The notes under the pieces were generated by a model that had not been told where the DNA came from, did no database searches, and saw only the letters and a program-made list of their open reading frames with translations. Source: Hormiphora californensis (Eukaryota; Animalia; Ctenophora). From it: a stretch of 64,000 bases of DNA. Made by a program: the position numbers and the translations under genes. Below, one piece after another: positions 11,801-23,078 of the stretch (positions are counted from its first letter, which is position 1; each line of letters starts with the position of its first letter). The stretch covers positions 3,782,001-3,846,000 of the forward strand of contig CM035359.1 of the NCBI GenBank assembly GCA_020137815.1. The letters run 5' to 3'.

Positions 11801-14800
11801 CTCAGTGTGGAGGTCAGTTTCAAGATAACCGATGCGGAAGTTCAAAGCATGCAATACTACCGGATCAGGACTAACTTCACTAACATCGCTGGAAATGGAT
11901 CTTATATCGGCGATCCGACACTCATTGTTGCACAAAGTACATAAAGTGTACATATTATAATTATATTATACTGAACCTTGATTTATCGTACCTCGATTTA
12001 TTGTGCAAATGCACCCTTCGTTCTGGTAAATCGAGGATCCCGGTAAATCGGGGTCCGGCTGTATTTTCATGATCAAAACTTCCAAAAGTGCCATTTTTCA
12101 GGATCGAAACTTCCGAAAGTGCTATTTCTGGGCCTGATTGGTCTTAGTGCACCTGTTCTGTGCGAGGGATATACCGTCATCAAACCCTCATTGGCATGGT
12201 TACTTAAGGTACAAACTTTAATTCCTGAAATATTATACGGGTATGAAACTGTGAACCAGCTTATTGGGAAACAGTTGAGCACTTGAGCACAGGAGAGATA
12301 AACTTCTTCCACTTGCTGCAGGATCTAGGATTTGTCCCTAAAACCATTACCATATAATTACCATGACAACTGATTACCATGACAACCGATTACCATGACA
12401 ACTGATTACCATGACAACCGATTACCATGACAACTGATTACCATGACAACTGATTACCATGACAACCGATTACCATGACAACTGATTACCATGACAACTG
12501 ATTACCATGACAACTGATTACCATGACAACTGATTATCATGACAACTGATTATCATGACAACTGATTACCATGACAACTGATTACCATGACAACTGATTA
12601 CCATGACAAATTATTACCATGACAACTGATTACCATGACAACTGATTATTCAGGACGGGAAAGGAGATGAAATTGGAAAAGTGGCATCTACCGCGTGGGA
12701 TGCAGACAAAGCCACCGCAACCTTCAACCCAGCCGTCCCGAAGACAACAGTGGACAGTGTCGGGAATTACAAGTGTGTGATAAAATTCTCGAATGATGAA
12801 GTCATGTCAACTGAAGCTGCTTACCTCAAATTACTCTGTAAGCATACTCCATTTTTTTGTCAACCCCCAAAGTCGTGCGCAGAATTGTTTTGAGACTCAT
12901 AACTTCAAAGAGAGATGGTTAAAATTACTATAGAGAGCAAAAAATTTACTATAGAATATGACAGAGTTGGATCCGATATTACACAGACACAAAAACCAAA
13001 GACGACTAAAATGTATCCACTATTACACAGATATAGAAGGGGAGCCAGCTGTGGCGTTTGCCGGCCAGCGAGGGACAACAGTTACGGTAACGGCGTACGT
13101 CTCGTACCCAGAGGATGAGACGGGCAGTTTGGAGGTGGAGGAGCCTAAAATAGACTGGATGAAGGTAATTATAACAAGCTGCCAGGTGGTAGAGACCATG
13201 GTGGGTGGATAAAGGTATAATCATTCATACCAGCTTCTTTTCCATTTACTATGCTTTTTATTTTATCAGTATTTTCTATTTACCAGCTGGTTGTCGATAT
13301 ACCGCTTGGTAATGGTACTTAGAGTCCCTACATACACCACTTATATGACGTGTCGATTTCTCTTGCTACTGTGTTTAACATTTATGTTCTTCCACAGATA
13401 GATTACAAGGAAAATGGCACAGAAAATTTGGTTTCCGTGTCAACGTTTGATGGTATTTCATCGAGCGAGGGAACGAATGATGCGGAAGGCTTAAATTCTG
13501 GTCTTACTCGCACACTATTATCAACGTAAGAAATCATTTAAATATACGCTCTAAAATACTACATTTAAACACAACACCGACTGTTATTGGATCTTTTGGT
13601 GAAGACATTGCTTTTACCTTTTTTACTTCCACGTTCAATACAAATTATCACAAAACTAGATCATGACATAAATCAACTGAATTCTCTGATGCAGGCTAAC
13701 TGTGGATGCTGCAGAGAACGCCGACAAATTTAGGATGACAGTCACGTACCCTAAGTATCCGAACAACACCCTCATATCTACTAAAACAGCTTTGATTATT
13801 CTGGGTAAGTACTGAGTTAGTACTACTGCAGCTGTAATCATCGGGGTGCCAGCCGAACAATCGAATACATGGGACATGTATACTTTTTGCCCAAAATCTC
13901 AAACATGACTTTCGCGGTACAGCTCGATCCAATTAAAACATAATGTGTATAAAACTATTGCAGATGTGAATATGACTTCGGAAAGTGTCATGGGCGTCTC
14001 GGGAGGATCAGAGTTTGCTATAACGTGTGCCGCTTATGACTCTAAACAAGTGCTCGCGGTATGTTTGCCGCTCAATCTGTCCTTCCCCGAAATAGGATAT
14101 AAAACTTATCAAAATAAGAGACTTCCCAGAACAAGAGACTTCCTAAAATGAGAAGCTTCCTCATATATATTGTACATCTGAGAGGCGAGAGCTGCAGGAT
14201 TTACTATGGAGTTGGTGACATAGACATCTGGGGCGACCCCCACGGGGTCGCGCTAGGTGTCTATGTCACCAAACCTGGCGTGTGCGGGGGGTCGCACCAG
14301 GTGTCACCAAACTATATATAGAGTACATCTTCTTTTTAGTATACGTGGTATAAGGATGGTAAAGCGTATACTGGATCCGTGAAGCAGGGCGTGAAGTTTA
14401 ACACAGAGTTGTCACGAACAGAGATAGTCCTGGAATTCCTTTCGGTAGGCATAATCATGATGATAACTGTTTGTGTATATCTTATACTATAGTACTTTTC
14501 AGGCTACTTTAAATAGTGAAACAATCTAAAATATAATTGGTATACCTTTCAGTTGCCTAGCTAGACTGTGTTTCGCAAATGTAAAGGAGGGTTAGAACAT
14601 AACAACCTATTTCAGGCGACTAAGAGTGATGAGGGTTTCTATTTCTGTGGGGTCACGTTTGCTACGGAAGGAATTGAAATGTTGGCATCATCAGCAGCAG
14701 GGACAAAAATTACGCAGCTGATATTCATAAACTATTTAGATGGTTACCCTCCTCCATACACCTTCGTCACTCCGAGTATGTAGAATAATGTGCCCAATAT

Positions 14801-17800
14801 AACAGGCTGGACTATGGATGAATTATATGACTACATAAAAGTATACATAGTCATAATACATGTAGTAGGCAATTTTGCATTTGCGGGCATCGCACTATAG
14901 ACGCATTACCCACGTACTATAGACGCATTATAAACGCATTATAAACGCATTATAGACGCATTATAGACACACGCAATATAGACGCAATTTCGTAAGCAGC
15001 ACTATAGACGCAATATAGACGCATTATAACAGCAATATAAACGCATTTTTATAGACGCGACGCAGTATAGCCGCATTATAGGCGCACTACCCACCCCAAA
15101 ATCACCTTATAGACGCACTATAGACGCATTATAGACTGACTATAGCAGCACCATAAACGCTACATAGACCCATATAGACGCATGATAGAAGCATTATAGA
15201 CACAAATCGCTTTTTATAGACGCCGCGTCTATAAAAAACGTGCTTTTTAAAGAAGCACTTTAGACGTACTCCAGGCTACAGTGCGATATTTGAGGCGCAG
15301 TTGGGCGTTTTATAAACGCATTTTTGTCGCATATAAAAGGAAGCAGTACAGACGCATTATAGCCGCATGTGTGCGAAATCGATAAAGACGCAATATAGAC
15401 GCAAAATAAGAAGGAGAGGGAGAGAGAGGCGAGGGAGGGAGGGAGAGGGAAGGAGAGGGAGGGACTGAGGGAGGGGTACAGGGACAGAAACAGACGGATA
15501 AAGACCTGAGGCAGAAGGACAGAGTAAGATGGAAAGAGAGTAAGATGGAAAGATAGTGATATATAGGGACGGAGTGAGACATAAAAAGAGTGAGACAGAA
15601 AAAGACAGAGATGGAAACAAACGGACAGAGACAGACGGACGGACAAACACGCGCTTACTATCTCCCTCTCTGTCTCACTCTCTCTCTCTCCACTCTCCAT
15701 CTTAATCTCTCTCCATCTTACTCTGTCCGTCTGTCTCAGATCTGTGTCCATCTGTCTCTGTCTGATCTGTCTCTGTATCCCTCCCTCTTCCCCTCTCCTT
15801 CCCTCTCCCTCCCTCCCTCCCTCCCTCTAGTCTCTCTCCCTCTCCTTCTTATTAATTGCGTCTATATTGCGTCTTTATCGATTTCGCGCACATGCGTCTA
15901 TAATGCGTCTATAATGCGTCTATACTGCTTCCTTTTATATGCGACAAAAATGCGTTTATAGTTCGCCCAACTGCGCCTCAAATATGGCAGCGTGCGTCTG
16001 AGTACGTCTATAGTGCTTCTTAAAAAAGCACGTTTTTTATAGACGCGGCGTCTATAAAAAGCGATTTGCGTCTATAATGCTTCTATCATGCGTCTATATG
16101 GGTCTATGTAGCGTTTATGGTGCTGCTATAGTCAGTCTATAATGCGTCTATAGTGCGTATATAAGGTGATTTTGGGGTGGGTAGTGCGTCTATAATGCGG
16201 CTATACTGCGTCGCGTCTATAAAAATGCGTTTATATTGCTGTTATAATGCGTCTATATTGCGTCTATAGTGCTGCTTACGAAATTGCGTCTATAATGCGT
16301 GTGTCTATAATGCGTCTATAATGCGTTTATAATGCGTTTATAATGCGTCTATAGTACGTGGGTACTGCGTCTATAGTGCGATGCCCGCAAATGCAAAATT
16401 GCCCATGTAGTACATGTATTATGACTATGTATACTTTTATGTATTACATGACTATATATAATAATTTGTATCCGCTAGTGAAATGAACTGAATAGTATTT
16501 TTTAGATTTCAACGCTTCGATATCCGTCATTGCTCGGTTTCCGGAAGGACTCGATGAATCTGATAGCAATAACTTGACAGTCTCATGGACCGATTCAGTG
16601 GTAAGTGAATTAACGTACGTGTGTGAAGTGTTGTTTTATTCAAGGGTCACCACACACCAAAGTTAAAATTAAAATTAAAATTTTAATTTTAAACCCGCAC
16701 ACACCAGCAGCCGTTAAAATTTCTCTCCCCATTCTAAAAGTAACAATCTCACGCACGATTTTGACGGTCGCGTTGGATGATAAAATTTTAACACGCCGTT
16801 AAAATCGCGCGCGAGATTGTTACTTTTAGAATGGGGGAGAGAAATTTTAACGGCCGCTGGTGTGTGGGGGTTTAAAATCAAAATTTTAATTTTAATTTTA
16901 ACTTTGGTGTGTGGTGACCCTAACCCCTTTTTATTTTATTTTATAAAATAAAAGGGGGTAGCTTGGCAATTGGTGACATAGACACCTGGCGGGGGTCGCG
17001 CCAGGTGTCTATGTTACCAAGCTTGGCAAGTGAAGTGATGCTCTTGGTAATACTGCCACACGTTTTTAAGTGTCCCAGCTACTACTATAATATTATATAT
17101 ATTATATTATATGCCATGTCCCTGTAATTATGTTGATCCCGTATATTGACCATATTGAGATTACCCCACATATGGTTCATACTCGAATTGAAACACTTCC
17201 CCAGATATGTGAAATATATAATGTGTTTGAATAGCTCCGGGGGGGATCAACACTTAACTTTATGACACTCATGCCAGTTAGGGTGGGTGGGTGTACGAGG
17301 GGTCCGACAGTTAAGTTTTACACTTAACTGCCTAAAAATAGGGGGTCTAGGGGTGTTTATATGGTGAAAATTTAAATAACTGCGCCTAATGGCCGATTTT
17401 TTGAAGTTTTCAACCCCCTTTTTCGCGCGCTCGTTATTTTTTGTGCACCTATCACATGTGTGTGGCGAACATTTTTTTACGCATGCCACTCTAAGTGTCT
17501 CATACTAACCAATTCGGAATTCGGATCCGTTACCTAAAATGGTCTGTGTTGTTCTTAGTTGATGGCAGTTGATTTTAGACACAATATATAAGTCTCTCCG
17601 TGTCTTTCGTGCTATTTTTAGCTCCCTTTTAGCTAGATTTGGGGGGTGGGTCTACATTTTCAGATGTGACGGCAGTTAAATTTGGCACTTAAGTGCAAAA
17701 TATGTGGGGGGTGGTGGGTGTCAAAAATTTTTTGAAAATTTGGCAGTTATCGGCATGAGTATCATGCAGTTAAGTGTTGATCCCCCCCCCCCCCCCCGAT

Positions 17801-20800
17801 AGCTCTGCAATTTCGGGAGGTATAATTGCAATAAACATATTCCCAGGGAACAAGCTACACCGAGGAAGATTGGGAGTTCGATTACTATACCCACAACGGA
17901 GTTCGGTACATTAACGTTACCTTGACAACAAAACAACCAACTCCAGTCGTAGGTAATATATATTGACGGGGCATACAAGTCCCAATTGTTCACTATAAAA
18001 CTGTGCAGTAGGCAATATTATCATTACATAAAATTATCATTACATAATAGCTGCAATGCAGCCATGCTGCATACAATAACGCATTGAAAACCACGTCTGC
18101 ATGAACCGTACACCTTCGGAGGATCACCCCTTCCTTCATAATCATCATCTGGCCATCTCCAATTGCATGCAATATTTACACCACGCCGAAACTGTATAAC
18201 ACCAACAAAAAACACTATGAATATGTTTAATTCAGACACGCAATTTAAGGCAAAATTAACTTACCCAAATGTGGCTGGGAAAGGAACTCTCACATCTGGT
18301 ATATCGAAGATTAGACAAAGGTAAGAACTCTTTATCTAAATAAAAATCTCGCTGCTAAGTTATTAGGGGGTATGCATAAACCCGGATAGCGTGGATAATC
18401 CGGACTATCTGGATTATCCGAGTTTATGCATACCCCCTATCAATATTTATGCTCGGTAAATCGGAGTCCAACTAACAGTATATCTGTTTCACAATTATTC
18501 CTCTCATTTAGAACCGCTAGTATTGTGGAGCATGACATAGCGGAGAATGCGGATACTAGTAACTTTTACCCTGCCATACTGGGACAACAACTTCGCATCA
18601 CTTGCTCCTGGCTAACAAACAAGGCAGTCGAACCCTCTGACGTTCTGTAAGTCACTAATCAATTCGCAAATATATTTTACTATTATTGGTTCATTCCATT
18701 GACAGACTGAACGTGTTCGTTGGTGTACTACTCAAAGATTATTTCAATTAAAGAGAAACAACGATTTTGCAGTACTTAAATATTCAATTAAGAACAGGAG
18801 CTTTAAGCTGATCTATGTCAGTCGTCTTCAGCAATTTTTCATTTCTAGTTTCTACATTTAACAGGTGGATGTACGTGGAGAAGGATAGCTTTACACAAAT
18901 AAAAATTGACGAAGAAGTGGACGACGTGGCGTGCACAGTGAACTGTTCAGGGATTATTCAGGGGAGTGTGTTTAATCCGGACACGAACGATAAAACAAAG
19001 TGGTTAGTAAGGGTAGTTTGTTTAATCCGGACACTAACGATAAAACAAAGTGGTTAGTAAGGGGGAGTGTGTTTAATCCGGACACTAACGATAAAACAAA
19101 GTGGTTAGTATAAGGGGGAGTGTGTTTAATCCGGACACTAACGATAAAACAAAGTGGTTAGTAAGGGGGAGTGTGTTTAATCCGGACACTAACGATAAAA
19201 CAAAGTGGTTAGTAAGGGGGAGTGTGTTTAACCCGGACACTGACGATAAAACAAAATGGTTAGTATAAGGGGGAGTTTTGAAGTTGTCAGTTGTCACCCC
19301 CAATCTGGCTTTAGGTGTACACCATATAACACATACATATTGAAACTACCCCCATGCAAGGTTACCGTTATCGTTATATTAGATCGACAGATCGTTACGA
19401 ATGTTGCTCTTATCTAAGCAGAAAACCAAGTCTGTTTCTTCACAGTGGGGCTCTATAAATTGGGAAGTTCGGAAATGCATCGAAAAAAGATATATCTGCG
19501 ACTTGTGAGAGCAAATTGTGAGAGTATGACTGCTAATAAACCCTTTCCTATAAATACAGGTACAATGTGATGACTATCAAATCACTGACGGATGACTACC
19601 ATACGAAACAGGTGAAGTGCAATGTGACATATTCTACCGAGGATGGGTCTTCCGTGATATCGGGAGAATTCGCTAACATATACGTGCTCAAGGTATATAA
19701 CTCAAATTAGTTTGAGTGTTTAATTTAACCAAATAGCTAAGTAGGATGTTCTATCTATGCTCTCTCTCTCTCTATCTCTGTTTTATTTTCAGATAACGAG
19801 TCAGCCCAACGAGTACGGATTCCAAAGTAAGAACCAGGAGATCTCTGGGGTGGCGGTTAGCTACCAAAACATGCAAAGCACCATCCTGAAACAGTCGGTG
19901 ATCTGGTGTAAGAGTAAAGACGAGAAGGACACCTACCTGACGGCGGACTGCACAACACCCACATCAGACTTCGAATCGACCTATTTGAAGACGCAGCTGA
20001 AAGTCAAGATGACAGTGGAGTTGTCAGGGTATTATTGGTGGGCTGTGGTAAATTATACTACCCTGTTGGAAACACATATCTCTAATATGAGAAGCCTGGT
20101 GTCCAATAAGAGCTACGTCATTGTAACCAGTAAGTATAATGGCTGATCACTTTTTTCATCACTTTTTTCCATCTTTTTTTTTCCATCTCTTATCATCTCT
20201 TATCATCTCGTATCATCTCTTATCATCATCTTTTTATCATCTCTCATACTTAGTCTTTCCTGAAATATGTTTTTTTCTTCAATATTTCTTGGCTGCATAT
20301 ATATGTTTGGGTTACCAATCAATATTTCTCTAGGTCTGTGCTCATCGACGGAACCTCAGAAGTTGTCAACATTTCCGGTGCCAGAGACCGTGGACCTCAG
20401 TAAAATCGTGGTGCAAGTTGGCGACTTGTTCTACTTTTTCGGCACCACCAATGTCACGTTTGCCGAAACGGAATCTTATTTTAGCATCAAGTGTAGCTCA
20501 TCGGGAAGCCTCATTGATGTAAATATACAGTCGGACGTCGGACCCCGATTTACCAGGATGCTCGGGGGCATAATTATATCTAACAATTATTTATTTAATT
20601 AATTAATTAATGGTCCCTGCATCTGACAGGTGATGGTTGATGGAAAGAAGTCGAATATGGAGCTGACACACTACAAGGATGACTGCAACGGAACTGCCGA
20701 ACCAGAGGACGCGTACGATATCGCATACTCCACCTCAGGCATCTCTGAACTTATCATGGTGGCTACAGAGAAAGACTTTACAACCTGGACTAAAGGCAGC

Positions 20801-21442
20801 AAGAAGAGCAACAAAATAAATGTGTTCTATACGATCAAGACGCCCGAGATTGTTAACGGATCAAACACTATTCCAGCGGTATGTATACTGTTCAATTGTA
20901 ACACGCAGTATAAAACTGCAGTAATCAGTTCTGAGATTCAACAAACCGGTGGTCGTGGTAAAAAATATTTCGGAAACTGCAATCCTAAACTCTAGGATAC
21001 TCTAAACAGCACAAAACATGTTTGCGGGTTTTATTTTATAAATCCTACTAAACCTCCCTTCTCTCTCTCCCAGACATACAAATCTGACTATCTAAAGCTG
21101 ACGGGGATCACTCCTTACAAAACAGCCGGAGTGGAGCAAATGTGGACCATGCGAGGGGTCATCATTTGCCCCACTGAGCGGGGTCAACAGATTCTAGACA
21201 ACAGTGTGGAGGAGCCAGTTAACGGGGCTGGAGCAAAGTACTATGTTAGTACCCGGGGAATAACAGGTAAGGATGTTACCATGGTTACTGCATGAATCAG
21301 ATATTAGCAGCATAATTATGCATAACTCACTGATCGAGCCATTGCATATATCATGGCAGTTCTAATCCTGTGTTTCATGGTAACTGCATCGTCATTATAT
21401 TGCAATGGCTTTCTTTATTATCTTTGGTCTGGCATCTGGTAG
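2815..21442 (+). CDS. Large multi-exon Ig-superfamily/lectin cell-surface protein (5' end outside window): PAN/WSC-like, F-type lectin, ricin-B lectin, ~9 Ig-like domains, possible GPI/TM tail
   Basis: Phase-compatible GT-AG exons without stops: 2815-2973, 3332(or 3350)-3458, 3753-3871, 3982-4118, 4325-4441, 4624-4795, 4978-5127, 8849-8959, 9298-9368, 9599-9772, 10188-10437, 10622-10695, 11081-11197, 11780-11936, 12102-12208, 12654-12837, 13031-13164, 13398-13525, 13695-13804, 13964-14058, 14340-14444, 14616-14775, 16506-16600, 17847-17952, 18236-18320, 18512-18646, 18865-19002, 19560-19692, 19793-20129, 20334-20518, 20630-20878, 21074-21266; tentative last exon 21360-21442. Ig motifs: AITC..YTWYKDG..DEGFYFC, VLC..LAWLLKDG..VGNYKC, VGKYYC. 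Confidence 0.88.
3753..4656 (+). other. F-type lectin (fucolectin) domain, four exons of the Ig/lectin gene
   Basis: Spliced translation NVAALGEATSS..APSRIID..GTTTHT..WINIDF..VYSFTIMHRYSCCTYRNKG..VLNLAEIFVMG follows the F-type lectin pattern (NVA, S..D, HT, W.vDl, R.xCC..R, L.l.Ev.V.G). Confidence 0.8.
5477..5521 (+). ncRNA. Minimal type I hammerhead ribozyme in 5' pLTR
   Basis: AGGAUGUA-CUGAAGA-UGGC AUUUUA GCC-GAAA-GGCC-UU-UACACCU: CUGANGA and GAAA..UH core, stem I UGUA/UACA, stem II GGC/GCC, palindromic stem III AAGGCCUU as in PLE minimal hammerheads. Confidence 0.85.
5909..8642 (+). CDS. PLE reverse transcriptase-GIY-YIG endonuclease, interrupted by a MITE at 6590-7169; N-terminus disrupted
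   Basis: Motifs KADKG, LDVIALYPSI, KGIPTG, RFIDD, NFLD, LYRK, Cys linker CNGKGCKTC, VIYVANCVVCGESYFGQT, terminal GLN. Removing the MITE and one TSD restores the frame (..YCEQEFLLDSDDLL..). Confidence 0.93.
6590..7169. mobile_element. Non-autonomous MULE-type TIR element inserted in the PLE ORF
   Basis: 21-bp TIR GGTGGGCGGACTCTAGTGCTA, 9-bp TSD GAGCAGGAG (6581-6589, 7170-7178), subterminal GGACTCT.TATCTAAA repeats, internal AACCCT tract. Confidence 0.9.
8759..8803 (+). ncRNA. Minimal type I hammerhead ribozyme in 3' pLTR
   Basis: Identical to 5477-5521. Confidence 0.85.
8849..10250 (+). other. Ricin-B (R-type) beta-trefoil lectin domain of the Ig/lectin gene
   Basis: Three repeats, each with a Cys pair: NLCVKP..DGDILVFGDC..KF / TGYCLG..EGAKIQISEANC..STW / AFCITG..GQVLQLTAAATC..KF. 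Confidence 0.72.
9802..9997. mobile_element. Tc1/pogo-like MITE (CAGTCGGACCCCGATTTA family) with internal 11-bp tandem repeat
   Basis: Inverted ends CAGTCGAACCCCGATTTACCGG / CCGGTAAATCGGGGTCCGACTG(TA). Partial relatives near 12040, 20528, 36344, 41930-42189. Confidence 0.7.
10831..11000. repeat. ~170-bp imperfect palindrome (MITE-like)
   Basis: ATAGTAATCTGTA...TACAGATTACTAT arms with a near-symmetric interior. Confidence 0.8.
12357..12649. repeat. 16-bp intronic minisatellite (CCATGACAACTGATTA)n
   Basis: About 18 copies directly abutting the acceptor at 12652-12653. Confidence 0.93.
14868..16403. mobile_element. Foldback/MULE-type non-autonomous element, almost wholly palindromic
   Basis: TIR begins GGCAATTTTGCATTTGCGGGCATCGC; long inverted arms built of TATAGACGCA repeats; 9-bp TSD CATGTAGTA (14859-14867, 16404-16412). 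Confidence 0.9.
16644..16920. mobile_element. PIF/Harbinger-like palindromic MITE (GGGTCACCACACACC)
   Basis: Long TIRs GGG...CCC with TNA-like flanks; same family at 22452-22722 and 28959-29229. Confidence 0.78.
17238..17798. mobile_element. Non-autonomous TIR element with 7-bp TSD (superfamily unassigned)
   Basis: TIR C(G)nATCAACACTTAACT; ATAGCTC duplicated at 17231-17237 and 17799-17805. Confidence 0.8.
18960..19275 (+). repeat. ~51-bp tandem repeat of an exon end plus its splice donor
   Basis: About 6 copies of GGGGAGTGTGTTTAATCCGGACACTAACGATAAAACAAAGTG|GTTAGTAA; the first copy is the coding end of exon 18865-19002. Confidence 0.9.
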
Positions 21443-21671
21443 GCCAGGTAAGTCGGAAGAACCTGTCCGTTTGTCTCATGAGCGCTCATGAGTGTATCAT
21501 GAGTGTGTCATGAGTGTATCATAAGCGCTCATGAGACGTTTTTCGGTGTTTCAACGTCTCATGAGTGTATCATGAGTGTATCATGAGTGTATCATGAGTG
21601 TGTCATGAGCGCTCAAGAGACGCTGCTCATGAGACATATGTCTCATTCCATCTCTGTTTCAATTTCTCATA

Positions 21672-22276
21672 AAGTGCGATTTTTAATATAGTCAAATTTT
21701 TAATAAAGTGAACCGCTTGCGCGCGAAATGGTTTTCCCACGCACCGTGGGAAAGTTTTTTTCCCGATTTTTTCGATCATATCTCTGGCTCCTGATAACAC
21801 GGTCGCTTGTAGTGGGAAAACGGTAATGAAAAACGAAAGATACAGTAAGACGACGCGCAACCGTGACCAATCAGGGCGCTAGTACGTGCTGACACATGAA
21901 CTTTTTGCCGCGCATTATGCACCGTGCGCGTCTCCTTACTGTATTTTCATTACGGTAATTTGACTACAAGCAGCACTGTAAGATAAAGACTTCATCTTGG
22001 TTGCGTTAGAAAGAGAAAAACTGTATCTTTCCAATGCGACCAAAAAAGTCTCTATCTTATCAAGAACCGGATTTAGCACGCGCAAAAACTTTTTGCGCAC
22101 AGTGTGCGGAAAGTTTTTGCGTGCAAGCGGTTCGCTTTATTAAAAATCGGACTTTAAAGCGAACCGGGGGCGCACAAATCAGAGCATTTCACACACATCA
22201 CACGTCACGCACTACCAATTTCAATTCAAAACTTCATTTTGCGCGCCCCCCGTTCGCTTTCTTAAAAATCGGACTT
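21672..22276. mobile_element. AAGT(C/G)-TIR, TA-target MITE nested in a CTCATGAG-repeat element
   Basis: TA|AAGTGCGATTTTTAA...TTAAAAATCGGACTT|TA; flanked by TCATGAG arrays (21475-22358) and degenerate TTAGGG tracts. Confidence 0.65.
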
Positions 22277-22451
22277 TAAGCGCTCATGAGATGTTTTGAC
22301 CTGCATATGCTTATGAGTGTATCATGAGACATGTCTCATGAGACATGTCTCATGAGACGTTAGGTTTATGGTTAGGGGTAGGTTTAGGGTTGGGCTTGGG
22401 TTAGGGCTATCCATTAGGCCTAGGGCACCGTAGGGGTAGGGTTAGGGTTGA

Positions 22452-22722
22452 GGGTCACCACACACCAAAGTTAAAATTAAAATTTTGATTTTAAACCCGC
22501 ACACACCAGCGGCCGTTAAAATTTCTCTCCCCATTCTAAAAGTAACAATCTCACGCACGATTTTGACGGTCGCGTTGGATGACAAATTTTTAAAACACCG
22601 TTAAAATCGTGTGCGAGATTGTTACTTTTAGAATGGGGGAGAGAAATTTTAACGGCCGCTGGTGTGTGCGGGTTTAAAATCAAAATTTTAATTTTAATTT
22701 TAACTTTGGTGTGTGGTGACCC
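22452..22722. mobile_element. Harbinger-like MITE, copy 2
   Basis: Near-identical to 16644-16920. Confidence 0.78.
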
Positions 22723-22974
22723 TTACCCATAGGCTTAAACACCTAGCCCTACCCTCTACGGGTCCCTAGACCTAAGGAATAGCTCTAACCCTAGGCTAGG
22801 GTTGGGCTAGGATCCCTAGCACAACCCTAATTAATTAATTAATTTTGACTATTCCCACTTTTTGTAGATCATTTTTTATGCATGCGTTTTTTTTCTCTGT
22901 TTTCTCTGTATTCATAATTATGTATAATTATTAGGGTGTGCACTGTGCTAAGTTAATTTTTGTCGACTTGGTTG

Positions 22975-23078
22975 ATATCAAACTATGAACAATTCTTTAC
23001 AACATCCTAAAAACATAATTGAGGTATACCTCAATTATGTTTTTAGGATGTTGTAAAGAATTGTTCATAGTTTGATAT
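22975..23078. repeat. 104-bp perfect spacerless palindrome
   Basis: Centred on GAGGTA|TACCTC; repeated in the duplicate near 29482-29585. Confidence 0.92.

Noticed and set aside
22360-22830. Interstitial telomere or chromosome fusion site
   Set aside because: The TTAGGG-like tracts are short, degenerate and embedded in transposon-like repeats; a similar tract is inside the MITE at 6835-6866.
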